From an uncultured bacterium (lineage in GTDB: Bacteria > Patescibacteriota > Minisyncoccia > UBA6257 > 2-01-FULL-56-20): a stretch of 64,000 nucleotides of DNA. The stretch covers positions 58,014 through 122,013 of the forward strand of contig CAWJQC010000006.1 of assembly GCA_963844965.1 (NCBI GenBank). Reading direction: 5' to 3'. The notes beneath the pieces were generated by a model. That model saw only the letters and a list, made by a program, of their open reading frames with translations, was not told where the DNA came from and ran no database searches. Shown here piece after piece: positions 1 to 8,290 of this stretch (within the stretch, counting starts at the first letter, position 1; each line of letters opens with the position of its first letter). Position numbers and translations under genes: made by a program.

Positions 1-306
1 CAAGCCGGCTTTTTCCAGCGCTTCAAAAAATGCCGCCTCGGATGAAAGCGCGTGCTCGCCGTCCGGACGCAAGACAGGCTGGGGTACTACGCGGCGCTCC
101 CCCGTAGGCCTGTGGTAAGGCTCAACTCCTTCGCTCTTCACGACATAGGCCAGGGCACGGATAAGCTGGCGGTCGCCCACGAGATACTTAATAAGCTCGC
201 TGTAATTTACGCGGCCGTGATAAAGATTCTTCGCGGAGTGGTAAAGATTTTGAACATCAACGAAAATACCGACGCGCTGATTGGAATAACTGGGAGTGGA
301 CTTCAT
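1..306 (-). CDS. NYN/LabA-like domain protein (5' part; runs off window start)
   Basis: Minus-strand ATG at 306 opens MKSTPSYSNQRVGIFVDVQNLYHSAKNLYHGRVNYSELIKYL..., a NYN/LabA-like N-terminal signature. No stop before position 1. The + ORF 52..417 is its shadow. Confidence 0.5.
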   Translation of the reverse strand, partial: MKSTPSYSNQRVGIFVDVQNLYHSAKNLYHGRVNYSELIKYLVGDRQLIRALAYVVKSEGVEPYHRPTGERRVVPQPVLRPDGEHALSSEAAFFEALEKAGL

Positions 307-405
307 GCCTTGAGTATAATGCGAAACCACGAACTATACATGCGAATTATGCGAAAGGGATTCGCAGCATTCGCATATACATTCGCGGCATTCGCATTAT
401 GTTTT

Positions 406-671
406 TTATTTTTTTAAGTCTAATTTTTTAATAAGCTTTTCGTATTCCTTGGGTTGTTTCTTCTTGAGATACGCCAAAAGCCGGCGCCTGTGACTCACCA
501 TCTTTAGAAGCCCGCGCCTTGAGTGGTGGTCCTTCGGATTTTTCTTCAGATGTTTCGCGAGTTCGTCAATCTGGCGGGAGATTACCGCGATCTGCACCTG
601 TGCGGAGCCGTGTCTTTTTCGTGCGCCCGATGTTCGCTGATTATTTTGGATTTAACACGCTTGGTAAGCAT
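406..671 (-). CDS. rpsO: 30S ribosomal protein S15, apparent 1-nt frameshift near 612-616
   Basis: The C-terminal 63 aa ([46 protein letters not shown]...) matches the conserved S15 core. The N-terminal [21 protein letters not shown] reads from ATG at 671 in another frame. The junction gacacggctccgca would need one extra G to restore DTGSAQVQ. Confidence 0.75.
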
Positions 672-1038
672 TCGGGTATTGCAACTTCAATCTGTATGTA
701 AATATTATAACCAATTCGTTAAAAATAAACAAAGAAAGTATCGCGCTTATAAAAATAGGGAGGGCTCGCGGGCGCTTTAGTGAATTTGCCATTGCGCGGC
801 GAGCCCTTCGTACATCGATACACACATAAGGGCTGGGGGGGCGGTTCGAATACTAGCCGCCGCCCTGCCCAATCTGCGCGCCTGCTAACTCCGCCGAGGC
901 CGCAGATCTACGCGGGGGCTCGGGCCGAGACCGCACCATTATCGGCCATTCTTACGATAATCCCTGGCCGAAAAACAGTCGGCTGCCGCTGCCCGCCGCA
1001 ACTTGGATCCGAATCCAAAGAGCAACTACTTTACCTGC

Positions 1039-1066
1039 ATTATACACGATGGAAAATATTTGTCAA
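1039..1066 (-). promoter_or_regulatory. Consensus sigma70-like promoter (TTGACA-N16-TATAAT) reading toward rpsO
   Basis: The reverse complement reads cTTGACAaatattttccatcgtgTATAATgcagg. It lies about 360 nt upstream of the rpsO ATG, with a GC-rich structured leader in between. Confidence 0.45.
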
Positions 1067-1231
1067 GTGCCAATTTTGTGATAGATGAAACGCAACTTGT
1101 CCCCACACCAACGCCATGTGCCGCGGGAGAGATTCGAACTCTCATAGTCTTACGACTGCTGGCTCATACTCGCCCCGTACCGAGCTTTGCTCCGGTGCGG
1201 GGAAGCCAGTGCGCCACGCACTAAATTTTGC

Positions 1232-1316
1232 CGGTGCCGAGGGTGGGATTCGGACCCACAACCCTTTCGGGACAGCGTCCTAAGCGCTGCGCGTATTCCA
1301 TTTCCGCCACCTCGGC
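1232..1316 (-). tRNA. tRNA-Leu (anticodon UAG)
   Basis: Reverse complement gives GCCGAGG-TG-GCG...CAGCG-CTTAGGA-CGCTG-[long variable arm cccgaaagggtt]-GTGGG-TCCGAAT-CCCAC-CCTCGGC-A. It has a 7-bp acceptor, a T-arm, a long variable arm and G37. Confidence 0.75.
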
Positions 1317-1622
1317 AAAATTTAGTGCGGTGTTCCGCCACCGCGACATTTGCGCGGGGATGAACCTGCCTACCAGCAAGCAGGCCCGCCAACCTGCCCG
1401 CACCGCTCCCATCACTGTTTATCTTAAATCCCGCCATCGTTTTATTCAACAACACGGCAGAATTCCGCAACGCCCATAAAAATGCCGGTGAGATAAAGCT
1501 CCATGGGCTTACCTGCGCTTCGCCGAGGCTGCGGCAAGGCGAGCGCCCGTGGTATCTGGAAGCTTTACCCCGCCCCGACCGCGGTCGGGGCGGGGTATTC
1601 AGCGGGGATTTAATATAAAAAA

Positions 1623-1668
1623 CCAAAAGCCCCCTCCGGCGCAAGGCCGAAGGGGGCTTTTTTCTTTT
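1623..1668. terminator. Bidirectional rho-independent terminator
   Basis: aaaaaccaaaaGCCCCCTCCGGCgcaaGGCCGAAGGGGGCtttttt: a GC-rich hairpin flanked by an A-run and a T-run, sitting between convergent units. Confidence 0.5.
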
Positions 1669-1693
1669 CTGATTTAATCTCTAAATCAGAAAT

Positions 1694-2027
1694 TTAGCAG
1701 CCGGTGAACGAAGCGCCGAGGAAGCTGCCGATGATCAGAGGAACGCCCTTCGCGAGAACGGCGATGACCACGGCGACTACGGCGTAGATAAGCGTGCTCG
1801 AAGCGCCCTTAACCTTCTCCGGATCGCCAGAGGCAGTCAAATACTTGTAGGCGGCGACGAGTATGAAAACAATCGCCAAAACGACGAGAAGCGTGAAAAG
1901 CCAGTTGACGGCGGTGCAGATAAGCGCGATAAATCCGGTTAAGCTCGTAACGGTCGTCGGCGCTGTCTGTTGGGTCCCGCCACAAAAGGCAGGGTCAACC
2001 CCAAAACCAGCGATTTTATTGACTTCA
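1694..2027 (-). CDS. T4SS pilin-like (TrbC/VirB2-family) protein, signal peptide and pilin body in different frames
   Basis: The body ...LVVLAIVFILVAAYKYLTASGDPEKVKGASSTLIYAVVAVVIAVLAKGVPLII carries the motif shared with downstream paralogs. The signal peptide MKSIKSLVLGLTLPFVAG starts at ATG 2027 in another frame. An apparent -1 shift lies near 1975-1985; the tracked ORF is 1694..1879. Confidence 0.5.
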
Positions 2028-2118
2028 TGTTAAGAATTCGGTATTGACCGGAATAATGTTTTTTTTCGACCTTTCTCCTTATATAAAAAGCATAGCACAA
2101 ACCATGCAACACTACAAC

Positions 2119-2505
2119 CTAAGGACATAACGCTACCGCTGCCGAGTTCGCACCAAAGATATTAAGAACAATCAGCGGTACGGATTTCGCAAGCAATGCC
2201 ACCACCAAGCCAACCACGGCGTAGGTAAGCATCTTCGTGGCTTCGCTTACTTTGGTCGGGTCGCCGGAAGAGGTCATATACTTATACGCCGCGACAAGCA
2301 CCAAAAGTATGACCAATGCCATGAGAATGTACCACATCCAGAAAGCAACCTCGCAAATCACATTGTCAATAAGCTGATCTGGAGTGCTATATGTCGGTAC
2401 GGGAATTACCGATTGTGCGAAAACCTTATTCGCAGAAAGGAGCAGCAACTGGGATAGAAGCAGAACACCATACCGATATTTCACGGCTGAAAATAAATTT
2501 TTCAT
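2119..2505 (-). CDS. T4SS pilin-like protein (signal peptide plus 2-TM pilin domain)
   Basis: MKNLFSAVKYRYGVLLLSQLLLLSANKVFA signal peptide followed by ...VLVAAYKYMTSSGDPTKVSEATKMLTYAVVGLVVALLAKSVPLIV. Confidence 0.6.
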   Translation of the reverse strand: MKNLFSAVKYRYGVLLLSQLLLLSANKVFAQSVIPVPTYSTPDQLIDNVICEVAFWMWYILMALVILLVLVAAYKYMTSSGDPTKVSEATKMLTYAVVGLVVALLAKSVPLIVLNIFGANSAAVALCP

Positions 2506-2631
2506 ACAATATTTTTTAACTTTATAACCGGCTGAAACGCTTATTTTCGGCCTTTTACGTTGTCTTTATCATACCACAAACTCCGAGAATTGCACTGGGG
2601 ATAAAGGTGCTGCTTAACCTACCGCACCACC

Positions 2632-2979
2632 TCAACAGCCTCCACTGACGCTACTGGCACCGACTATACTGGCGACTATTGACGGGACGGACTTCGCGAG
2701 AATTGCCACAATGATGCCTGCAGCGGCATAAGCAAGCGTCTTATGCGCCGAACTCACTCTTTCTGCGTTATCGCCGCCGGTAACATAGAGAAACCCGGCG
2801 TAAATTATCATAATCACGGAAAGCGCCATCAGAATGTAAAACATGGCAACGGCGATCGGGCAGAGAATTTTACTGGTAATATCCGAAACGCCGCCGCTGA
2901 AAGTTATGCCGGAAACGTCGGCATAAGCGCCGCTTACGCCAAAAAGTTTCAGGAAACCGAGAATCAAAACCGGCGACAT
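2632..2979 (-). CDS. T4SS pilin-like protein paralog
   Basis: ...MFYILMALSVIMIIYAGFLYVTGGDNAERVSSAHKTLAYAAAGIIVAILAKSVPSIV, the same domain architecture as the neighbouring paralogs. Confidence 0.55.
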   Translation of the reverse strand: MSPVLILGFLKLFGVSGAYADVSGITFSGGVSDITSKILCPIAVAMFYILMALSVIMIIYAGFLYVTGGDNAERVSSAHKTLAYAAAGIIVAILAKSVPSIVASIVGASSVSGGC

Positions 2980-3079
2980 TATGGTCCTCGTTTTCGGCGA
3001 GTTTCACAATGTAATTAACTATTTTCATAGTCCTTTCCTGCCTATTAATTTTAACACACCGGGCAAGTTATAAAACTAT

Positions 3080-3646
3080 TCACCCCCCGACCCCGAAAAT
3101 CGCCTGGATAAGGCTGACCACGCCTTTCGCCGCGAGAACCGCCACAAAACCGATGGCCGCGTAAAGAATCGTGTTCCTGCCGTTCTTGAACTTTTCCGGA
3201 TTGCCGCCGGCGGTTATTATCTGGAATCCGCCGTAAAGAACCATAATGGCGACTATGGGAACGGCTATCGTGATCAAAAGGTCAATGATCTTATTGGCAC
3301 AATCCGTGATGGTTGAGCACGCGCCCTGGAGAGGATTGGTAAGCGAGCCGCTGAGAGTCACGTTGCTGCCGGGTGATTGACCACTTGGCGACTGACCGCT
3401 GGGTGATTGACCGCTTGGCGACTGACCGCTGGGTGATTGACCGCCAGGCGTGCTCGCAGTCCATTGGCAAGCACCATTACCACCGAAAGCGCCAACACAC
3501 GCACTCTGGGTCGTATAAAGCGTGCAGTTGGCGGACTGACAGTTCGCGCCAGTAGTATCTTGGGTACAAGTACCTCCGCTACACGCAGCAGTGCATGAAG
3601 CGACAGTATAAGAACAGCCACCAGTGCTGCAGTAATATGGCGTCAC
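3080..3646 (-). CDS. Cys-rich protein with (SPSGQ)n repeats and C-terminal pilin-like domain, probably the C-terminal part of one gene with 3643..4806
   Basis: The C-terminus VPIVAIMVLYGGFQIITAGGNPEKFKNGRNTILYAAIGFVAVLAAKGV is a pilin domain. The reading frame stays open upstream of the GTG start (..NTGECVTTSPAGTSGGTCSAV..), continuing the repeat motif of the upstream ORF. Confidence 0.5.
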   Translation of the reverse strand: MTPYYCSTGGCSYTVASCTAACSGGTCTQDTTGANCQSANCTLYTTQSACVGAFGGNGACQWTASTPGGQSPSGQSPSGQSPSGQSPSGQSPGSNVTLSGSLTNPLQGACSTITDCANKIIDLLITIAVPIVAIMVLYGGFQIITAGGNPEKFKNGRNTILYAAIGFVAVLAAKGVVSLIQAIFGVGG

Positions 3647-4806
3647 GGCGCTACACGTGCCGCCGCTGGTGCCAGCAGGCGATGTTGTAACACATTCACC
3701 GGTAGTAGTATTGCAGTAGGGGGCGTTACTGTATGCAGCGGCGCACTGACTGTTGCTGCTACACCCAACGCATGCATTATTAACGCAGATGGGCTGGGTC
3801 TCGACCGTGCATTTGGTGCTATCAGTGCCACAGCCGCTCGGCGCGGTCGTAACACATTCACCGGTAGTAGTATCGCAGTAGGGAGCATTACTATATGCAG
3901 CGGCGCACTGACTATTACTGCTACATGCAGAGCATATATTATTGACGCAGATAGGTGCCGTCTCGCTCGTACAAATACACTACTATCACCACTGCAACTG
4001 GTCGGCGAGGTTGTGACACATTCACCGGTATTAGTATTGCAGTAAGGAGCATTACTATATGCAGCGGCGCACTGACTATTACTGCTACACCCAACGCACG
4101 TGCCACTAGAGCCACAGATGGGCTGGGTCTCGCTCGTGCATTGACTGCTATCGGTGCAGCTACCGCCGCCGCTGCATTGATTGGTGCTCGGCAAGCCGGG
4201 CGCCAGACAGCCCGAAGAACCATACCAGCCGCATCCCGCACTACAGCAGGTAGGTTGATCAATGCAATTACTGCAACTGGATAAGTTACACGAACTGCCG
4301 CCGGTGCTCGCATTGCATACTTGCCCGCCGGCGCAACCACTATCGGAGCTGCAGGAGTTGCCAACGCCGCTACTATTGGCGTTATTTGACAGACAACTGC
4401 CAATCTGGGGGGATGCCACCGCGCAAGTGCAACCGACCCCAGTATAACAATTTCCCGCCGGCGAAGCGGAAGCGCAACTGCAAGTAACCCCATCAGAATT
4501 AGTATTGCATACCTGGCCACCAGCGCAGCCGGAGTCGGTCGTGCAGTTTCCGCCGCCGTTGGATGGGTTGCAAGACACGGAACAATTACTATCGGAGTAA
4601 GCGTTGGTTCCACAGCCTGCTGGATCTAAACAATTACCGGCCAGACAGTCATCGTTCGTCATGCAACTCGAACCGCAGGCTTCATAGAACGTACTGGGAC
4701 AGGCCTGCGCGTGACTTACAGATGGTCGGCCAAAACCGAAAATAAAAGCGGCGATGACCACAAAAGCGAAAATCAGAAGCCGCTTCTTCATAATTTTATT
4801 ATACAT
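3643..4806 (-). CDS. Secreted Cys-rich repeat protein (N-terminal part of the Cys-rich/pilin fusion; frame lost near 3960)
   Basis: Signal peptide MKKRLLIFAFVVIAAFIFGFG, then about 60 Cys in repeated CxxC/GxC motifs. Three DNA tandem repeats of about 160 bp lie at 3691, 3853 and 4017. After about 3960 the translation degenerates (SVFVRARRHLSAS...), as expected for a frameshift inside the third repeat. Confidence 0.5.
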   Translation of the reverse strand: MYNKIMKKRLLIFAFVVIAAFIFGFGRPSVSHAQACPSTFYEACGSSCMTNDDCLAGNCLDPAGCGTNAYSDSNCSVSCNPSNGGGNCTTDSGCAGGQVCNTNSDGVTCSCASASPAGNCYTGVGCTCAVASPQIGSCLSNNANSSGVGNSCSSDSGCAGGQVCNASTGGSSCNLSSCSNCIDQPTCCSAGCGWYGSSGCLAPGLPSTNQCSGGGSCTDSSQCTSETQPICGSSGTCVGCSSNSQCAAAYSNAPYCNTNTGECVTTSPTSCSGDSSVFVRARRHLSASIIYALHVAVIVSAPLHIVMLPTAILLPVNVLRPRRAAVALIAPNARSRPSPSALIMHALGVAATVSAPLHTVTPPTAILLPVNVLQHRLLAPAAARVAP

Positions 4807-4815
4807 TATTTGGCG

Positions 4816-5334
4816 CTATTCGGGCAGAAACTTAGACCATAGTCCTTGCCAGACAGAGCTTTCGTTAACGAAAGCTGGCACCGTCAGGGCGACTTTCAAT
4901 AGGCAGGCCTGCGGCTGCGTAATACCCAGGGCGCTGAGAAAATCAGATTCCGCCCGACTGCGCACTTCGTTGAAAGGATTGTTAAGTATAGTGATGAGGA
5001 AGCTGCTGTCAGCAGGAAAGTAAAGAATGTGGTAATCTCCGGTGCTTCTGAACAAAACATAATCACCCGCTTCTACTCTCACGGCATTTTTATAGGGATT
5101 TTTTACTTCCACGCTGCCGTTGGGCGTACCGATGGTAATCGTATCTCCCTCGGGGACGGGGATTGGCGGCGGAGGAGGCGTTGGTGACGTGGGCGGGGAA
5201 ATCGGCGGCAAGCCGCCGGGACCGGTACTTCCGGCAGGAGAGGTCTTGTTCCTGACAACCAAAACGACAACTACTCCGACGACTAGCACAAGAAAAATTA
5301 CCGCTATAATAATTATTCTTCTCGTTTTTAACAT
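4816..5334 (-). CDS. Hypothetical membrane-anchored Pro-rich protein
   Basis: N-terminal TM helix, a PPISPPTSPTPPPPPIPVP linker, then a beta-rich domain. It sits inside the pilin cluster. Confidence 0.4.
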   Translation of the reverse strand: MLKTRRIIIIAVIFLVLVVGVVVVLVVRNKTSPAGSTGPGGLPPISPPTSPTPPPPPIPVPEGDTITIGTPNGSVEVKNPYKNAVRVEAGDYVLFRSTGDYHILYFPADSSFLITILNNPFNEVRSRAESDFLSALGITQPQACLLKVALTVPAFVNESSVWQGLWSKFLPE

Positions 5335-6353
5335 GATAACTTATGAGGACTTGGCGGGGTGAAATTGCATGTGCAGTTCACACTCCAGTTATCCCATGCC
5401 CGGGAATTGGCGGCAAGGGGACAAGCAGCGTTAATATTCGGGCTCGATTTTGTGGCGTCGGTGACACACTTTTTATACAGTGATGTATTTACAACCTGAC
5501 AATGGTAAACATGGTTTGTGCTGTCCCACTGAGCTGCGTGGTTAAAGGCGCTGGGACAGCCATCGCCGTTCACGTCATTTACGGTCAGGTTGATTTGGAA
5601 CAGTCCCCACGAGAAAACACTGTTATCTTCCGCGCACTTATCCGACGTGCTCGGCGCCGTAGGATCGCCGCCACTTTCCTTGCTGGCAATGGAGGAAGCG
5701 TCATACGGACCATTACCGATACCGCCGAAACACGAACTGTTGAGGTTGTCTTGTGAAGCATCGCCGCTTGTAAGTGGCGCGCAATTTCCACTTGAATTGT
5801 TGCACGGACTGCCCGGATCGCAACTGCCCGGATAGCAATTTGAGGTTCCTCCGGCATTACTTTGACAATCTGCCTGGCTTGAGTAATTAGCTACACACAT
5901 ATTTCCGGCGGCTGATACCTGACACAGTTGGTAAGATGTAGAGCCTCCGCTCGCCGTCGGCGCCGCCACCTGTACCGAAACACCAGGGAGCAGTAAATTC
6001 CAATTTGTCAGATTAGGATTGATGATGTTTAAAATCGTATAAGCTCCGACAAGGAGCAGGAGTCCGACTAATGCACCTTTCACCCACTCTTTTCCTTCTG
6101 TTTGGCCAGTGGGGTTTCCGGCTGCCAGCGTGTATTTTATCCCGCCATAGACGATAGCTCCGAACGCCAGAATGCCGGCAAGCATCATGGCAAATCTATA
6201 AAGATAGTCAACGAAGTTCCCCAGGCCGGAGCTGCCAGAAGGTTGACCGGGCAGATTTGTGTAGATAGTGACCTGCGCCCGCGCCACCGCGGCGTAAAAT
6301 AAACAGAAGGAAGCAAAGACCAGTGGACGTAATTTTTTAAACAAGGTTTTCAT
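5328..6353 (-). CDS. Pilin-like N-terminal domain fused to a Cys-rich lysozyme/lytic-transglycosylase-like C-terminal domain
   Basis: Signal peptide, then ...FAMMLAGILAFGAIVYGGIKYTLAAGNPTGQTEGKEWVKGALVGLLLLVGAY (pilin motif). The C-terminus holds ..AEDNSVFSWGLFQINLT.., reminiscent of the GH23/SLT catalytic segment (E-S...GLMQI). This would be a VirB1-like function fused to a pilin. Confidence 0.5.
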   Translation of the reverse strand: MKTLFKKLRPLVFASFCLFYAAVARAQVTIYTNLPGQPSGSSGLGNFVDYLYRFAMMLAGILAFGAIVYGGIKYTLAAGNPTGQTEGKEWVKGALVGLLLLVGAYTILNIINPNLTNWNLLLPGVSVQVAAPTASGGSTSYQLCQVSAAGNMCVANYSSQADCQSNAGGTSNCYPGSCDPGSPCNNSSGNCAPLTSGDASQDNLNSSCFGGIGNGPYDASSIASKESGGDPTAPSTSDKCAEDNSVFSWGLFQINLTVNDVNGDGCPSAFNHAAQWDSTNHVYHCQVVNTSLYKKCVTDATKSSPNINAACPLAANSRAWDNWSVNCTCNFTPPSPHKLSC

Positions 6354-6829
6354 TATCCCGAAACAGTGCAGTTAAACGGACCGCCGAACCCCTGGATGAA
6401 ACTTGAAAGGCTGAAAAAGTCCACGAACAATTTCACGATGACAAAGGCGAATATGACTATAAGCAAGCCGATTAAAGCGCCGGTCAGAATTTTTTTCGCG
6501 TTCTCGCGTCGAGCCGGACTGCCGCCGGAGGTAAGATACGTGATGCCGCCCCAAGCAAAGAGAATCGGCGTGAAAACGAAAAGTACGAGCGTTATGCCGA
6601 AATAAATTATGTTCACCATGGTCTGGATAATGTCGCAGACGCTCGTGCAGTATTTTTTCGCGGCTGCCTGTCCGCTGTAAATGCCCGTGCAGGACACAAG
6701 CCCGCCGGTGCCCCAATAACCACCGGGAAATATAGATGGCGTCTGAAGCACGTCGGCGGAAGCCACCAGCGGCGCGGCGAGAACGATGACAAAAAACGAA
6801 ACACAAGAGATTAGTAATAGTCTGCGCAT
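6353..6829 (-). CDS. T4SS pilin-like protein paralog
   Basis: Signal peptide MRRLLLISCVSFFVIVLAAPLVASA, then ...IIYFGITLVLFVFTPILFAWGGITYLTSGGSPARRENAKKILTGALIGLLIVIFAFVIV. The stop overlaps the start of 5328..6353 (translational coupling). Confidence 0.55.
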   Translation of the reverse strand: MRRLLLISCVSFFVIVLAAPLVASADVLQTPSIFPGGYWGTGGLVSCTGIYSGQAAAKKYCTSVCDIIQTMVNIIYFGITLVLFVFTPILFAWGGITYLTSGGSPARRENAKKILTGALIGLLIVIFAFVIVKLFVDFFSLSSFIQGFGGPFNCTVSG

Positions 6830-6881
6830 AATCGGAGAATTAATCTTTAACTTTTCATTTTTTACCTTTTATTTATTCCAG

Positions 6882-8204
6882 TTATTTCGTCGCGTGCATC
6901 AGCGCGGTTACCTGGTCCTGCGCCTGGCTCAGGGCGTGCCACGAATCAAGCTTCCCGACAAGGACGCTCTCTATCGCGCCGTTCATAATGCCGTCTATCG
7001 CTTCGTCGTCCGCTTCGTACCACGAACGCGCGGTCAGGGCCTGCTTCGCAAAAATTCCCAGGGTCGGATCGTTTTCGTACGAAGCGATAGAACTGCGAAG
7101 CGCCGGCGGTTCACCGGTGTCGTCCAAATAAGCCTTCGCGGCGTTGGCGTTCGTGGTCGCGTAGATCACAAAATCCCAAGCCCAGCCCGAAACCTTGGAT
7201 TGTTTGGAAACCGCGAGTCCCGTGTACCGAGGGAAATTAACGGCCACATTCGCCCCCGTGGGTTGGGGCATGGGAGCAACGGCGAAATTCAGGAACGGGC
7301 TGCGTCTTTTTATGTCCAACACAGCGCTCATGTAGTCAAAGATCATCGCGGTTTTCCCGTTCACAAAACTGTCAACAGAATTCTGCTGACTGTCGTTCCA
7401 TGTGTAATAAGGAGAAGCGACGTTCGCGAATTGCAGGTAAAAGTTAAAAGCGGAAACGCCGGGATCGGTCCCGTCCTCTCTCGCGGAGGCGAAGGTCGCC
7501 CCATAATTGTCCGGAGTGGTCATGCCGGCGCCGTTTTGCATTATCAAAAGCTCCAATATGTCTGTCGCGGCATCCACGCTTTGCTCCGAACCGCCGATCG
7601 CCGCGGCGGCACGCGTAAGCTGCCGGCTTGAACCGACCGTGCGCAACTGCGGCACGATTTTCAAAAAGTCATCCCAGGTCGCCGGCGGATAAACAATGCC
7701 GGCATTGTCAAAATAACTTTTGTTGTAAATCAAGGCAAGCGTATCCAAATAAAAGGGCAGGGCGTAAACCTGACTGCCGGACGCCGACGCAAAATCCTGC
7801 TCTATCGTGTATGGAAAAAGATTGCGCAACTTCACTATGTCAAATTGGCTCACGGGCGCGGGAAACAGTTTATCTTCCTGCTGCGGCAGTTCGTGGTTGG
7901 TAATTTCCAAAACATCCGGTCCTGTTCCGGCGGCAAGCGCGTTCAAAAGCGAAGTTCTATAGTCCGCGGCGTTGAGCTGCGTGTAATCTATCGTCGCGCC
8001 GGGACGAAGAACTTTATAACCCTCAATAATCTTGTTGAAAATTCCCCTGCTTTCCGTCCCCCATACCGTCAGCTTGAAATCGGTGCTTATTATGGTCGGG
8101 CGCGAATACTTAACGACAAGAACCACGAGCGTTACCGCGATAGCGACGCCGACGACCGTTATAAAGATTTGATTTCGGGAAAGTTTCATCAAAAAAATTT
8201 TCAA
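6882..8204 (-). CDS. Extracellular solute-binding protein (ABC transporter SBP family), membrane-anchored
   Basis: 440 aa with an N-terminal TM anchor and the length and composition of a family-1 sugar SBP. Confidence 0.6.
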   Translation of the reverse strand: MKIFLMKLSRNQIFITVVGVAIAVTLVVLVVKYSRPTIISTDFKLTVWGTESRGIFNKIIEGYKVLRPGATIDYTQLNAADYRTSLLNALAAGTGPDVLEITNHELPQQEDKLFPAPVSQFDIVKLRNLFPYTIEQDFASASGSQVYALPFYLDTLALIYNKSYFDNAGIVYPPATWDDFLKIVPQLRTVGSSRQLTRAAAAIGGSEQSVDAATDILELLIMQNGAGMTTPDNYGATFASAREDGTDPGVSAFNFYLQFANVASPYYTWNDSQQNSVDSFVNGKTAMIFDYMSAVLDIKRRSPFLNFAVAPMPQPTGANVAVNFPRYTGLAVSKQSKVSGWAWDFVIYATTNANAAKAYLDDTGEPPALRSSIASYENDPTLGIFAKQALTARSWYEADDEAIDGIMNGAIESVLVGKLDSWHALSQAQDQVTALMHATK

Positions 8205-8290
8205 TTTCTAATTTTCAATTTTCAATGCTTGAAAATATGGTGCTCGAAATTGTTTGAAAATTGTAAAATTGAAAATTAAAAATTTGAGTT
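8191..8290. repeat. Palindromic (TTTTCAA)n element, copy A
   Basis: aaaaaaattttcaatttctaattttcaattttcaatg ... ttgtaaaattgaaaattaaaaatttgag: inverted arms built from the TTTTCAA/TTGAAAA unit. Confidence 0.5.

Noticed and set aside
52-417. 121-aa + ORF at the window start
   Set aside because: It is antisense to a well-motivated NYN/LabA-like gene starting at 306 on the minus strand and has a low-complexity translation, so it is most likely a shadow ORF.
1119-1143. T-arm plus acceptor 3' strand, considered as the 3' end of a complete tRNA or tmRNA
   Set aside because: No complementary GCCGCGG 5' acceptor lies within a plausible distance, a genuine tmRNA is found elsewhere (20458..20771), and no anticodon arm could be placed. 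It is kept only as an orphan fragment in the findings.
780-1644. Several 60-165-aa ORFs on both strands (780..1088, 1003..1224, 1150..1644, 1228..1479)
   Set aside because: They overlap tRNA-Leu, a tRNA-like fragment and hairpin-rich GC DNA. Translations are Arg/Pro/Ala-rich junk typical of GC-rich non-coding sequence.
3358-3430. Tandem 15/30-bp direct repeats (ggtgattgaccgcttggcgactgaccgct...), considered as a CRISPR-like array
   Set aside because: They are in-frame coding repeats producing (SPSGQ)n in a Cys-rich secreted protein, with no spacers and no cas genes. There is no CRISPR array in this window.
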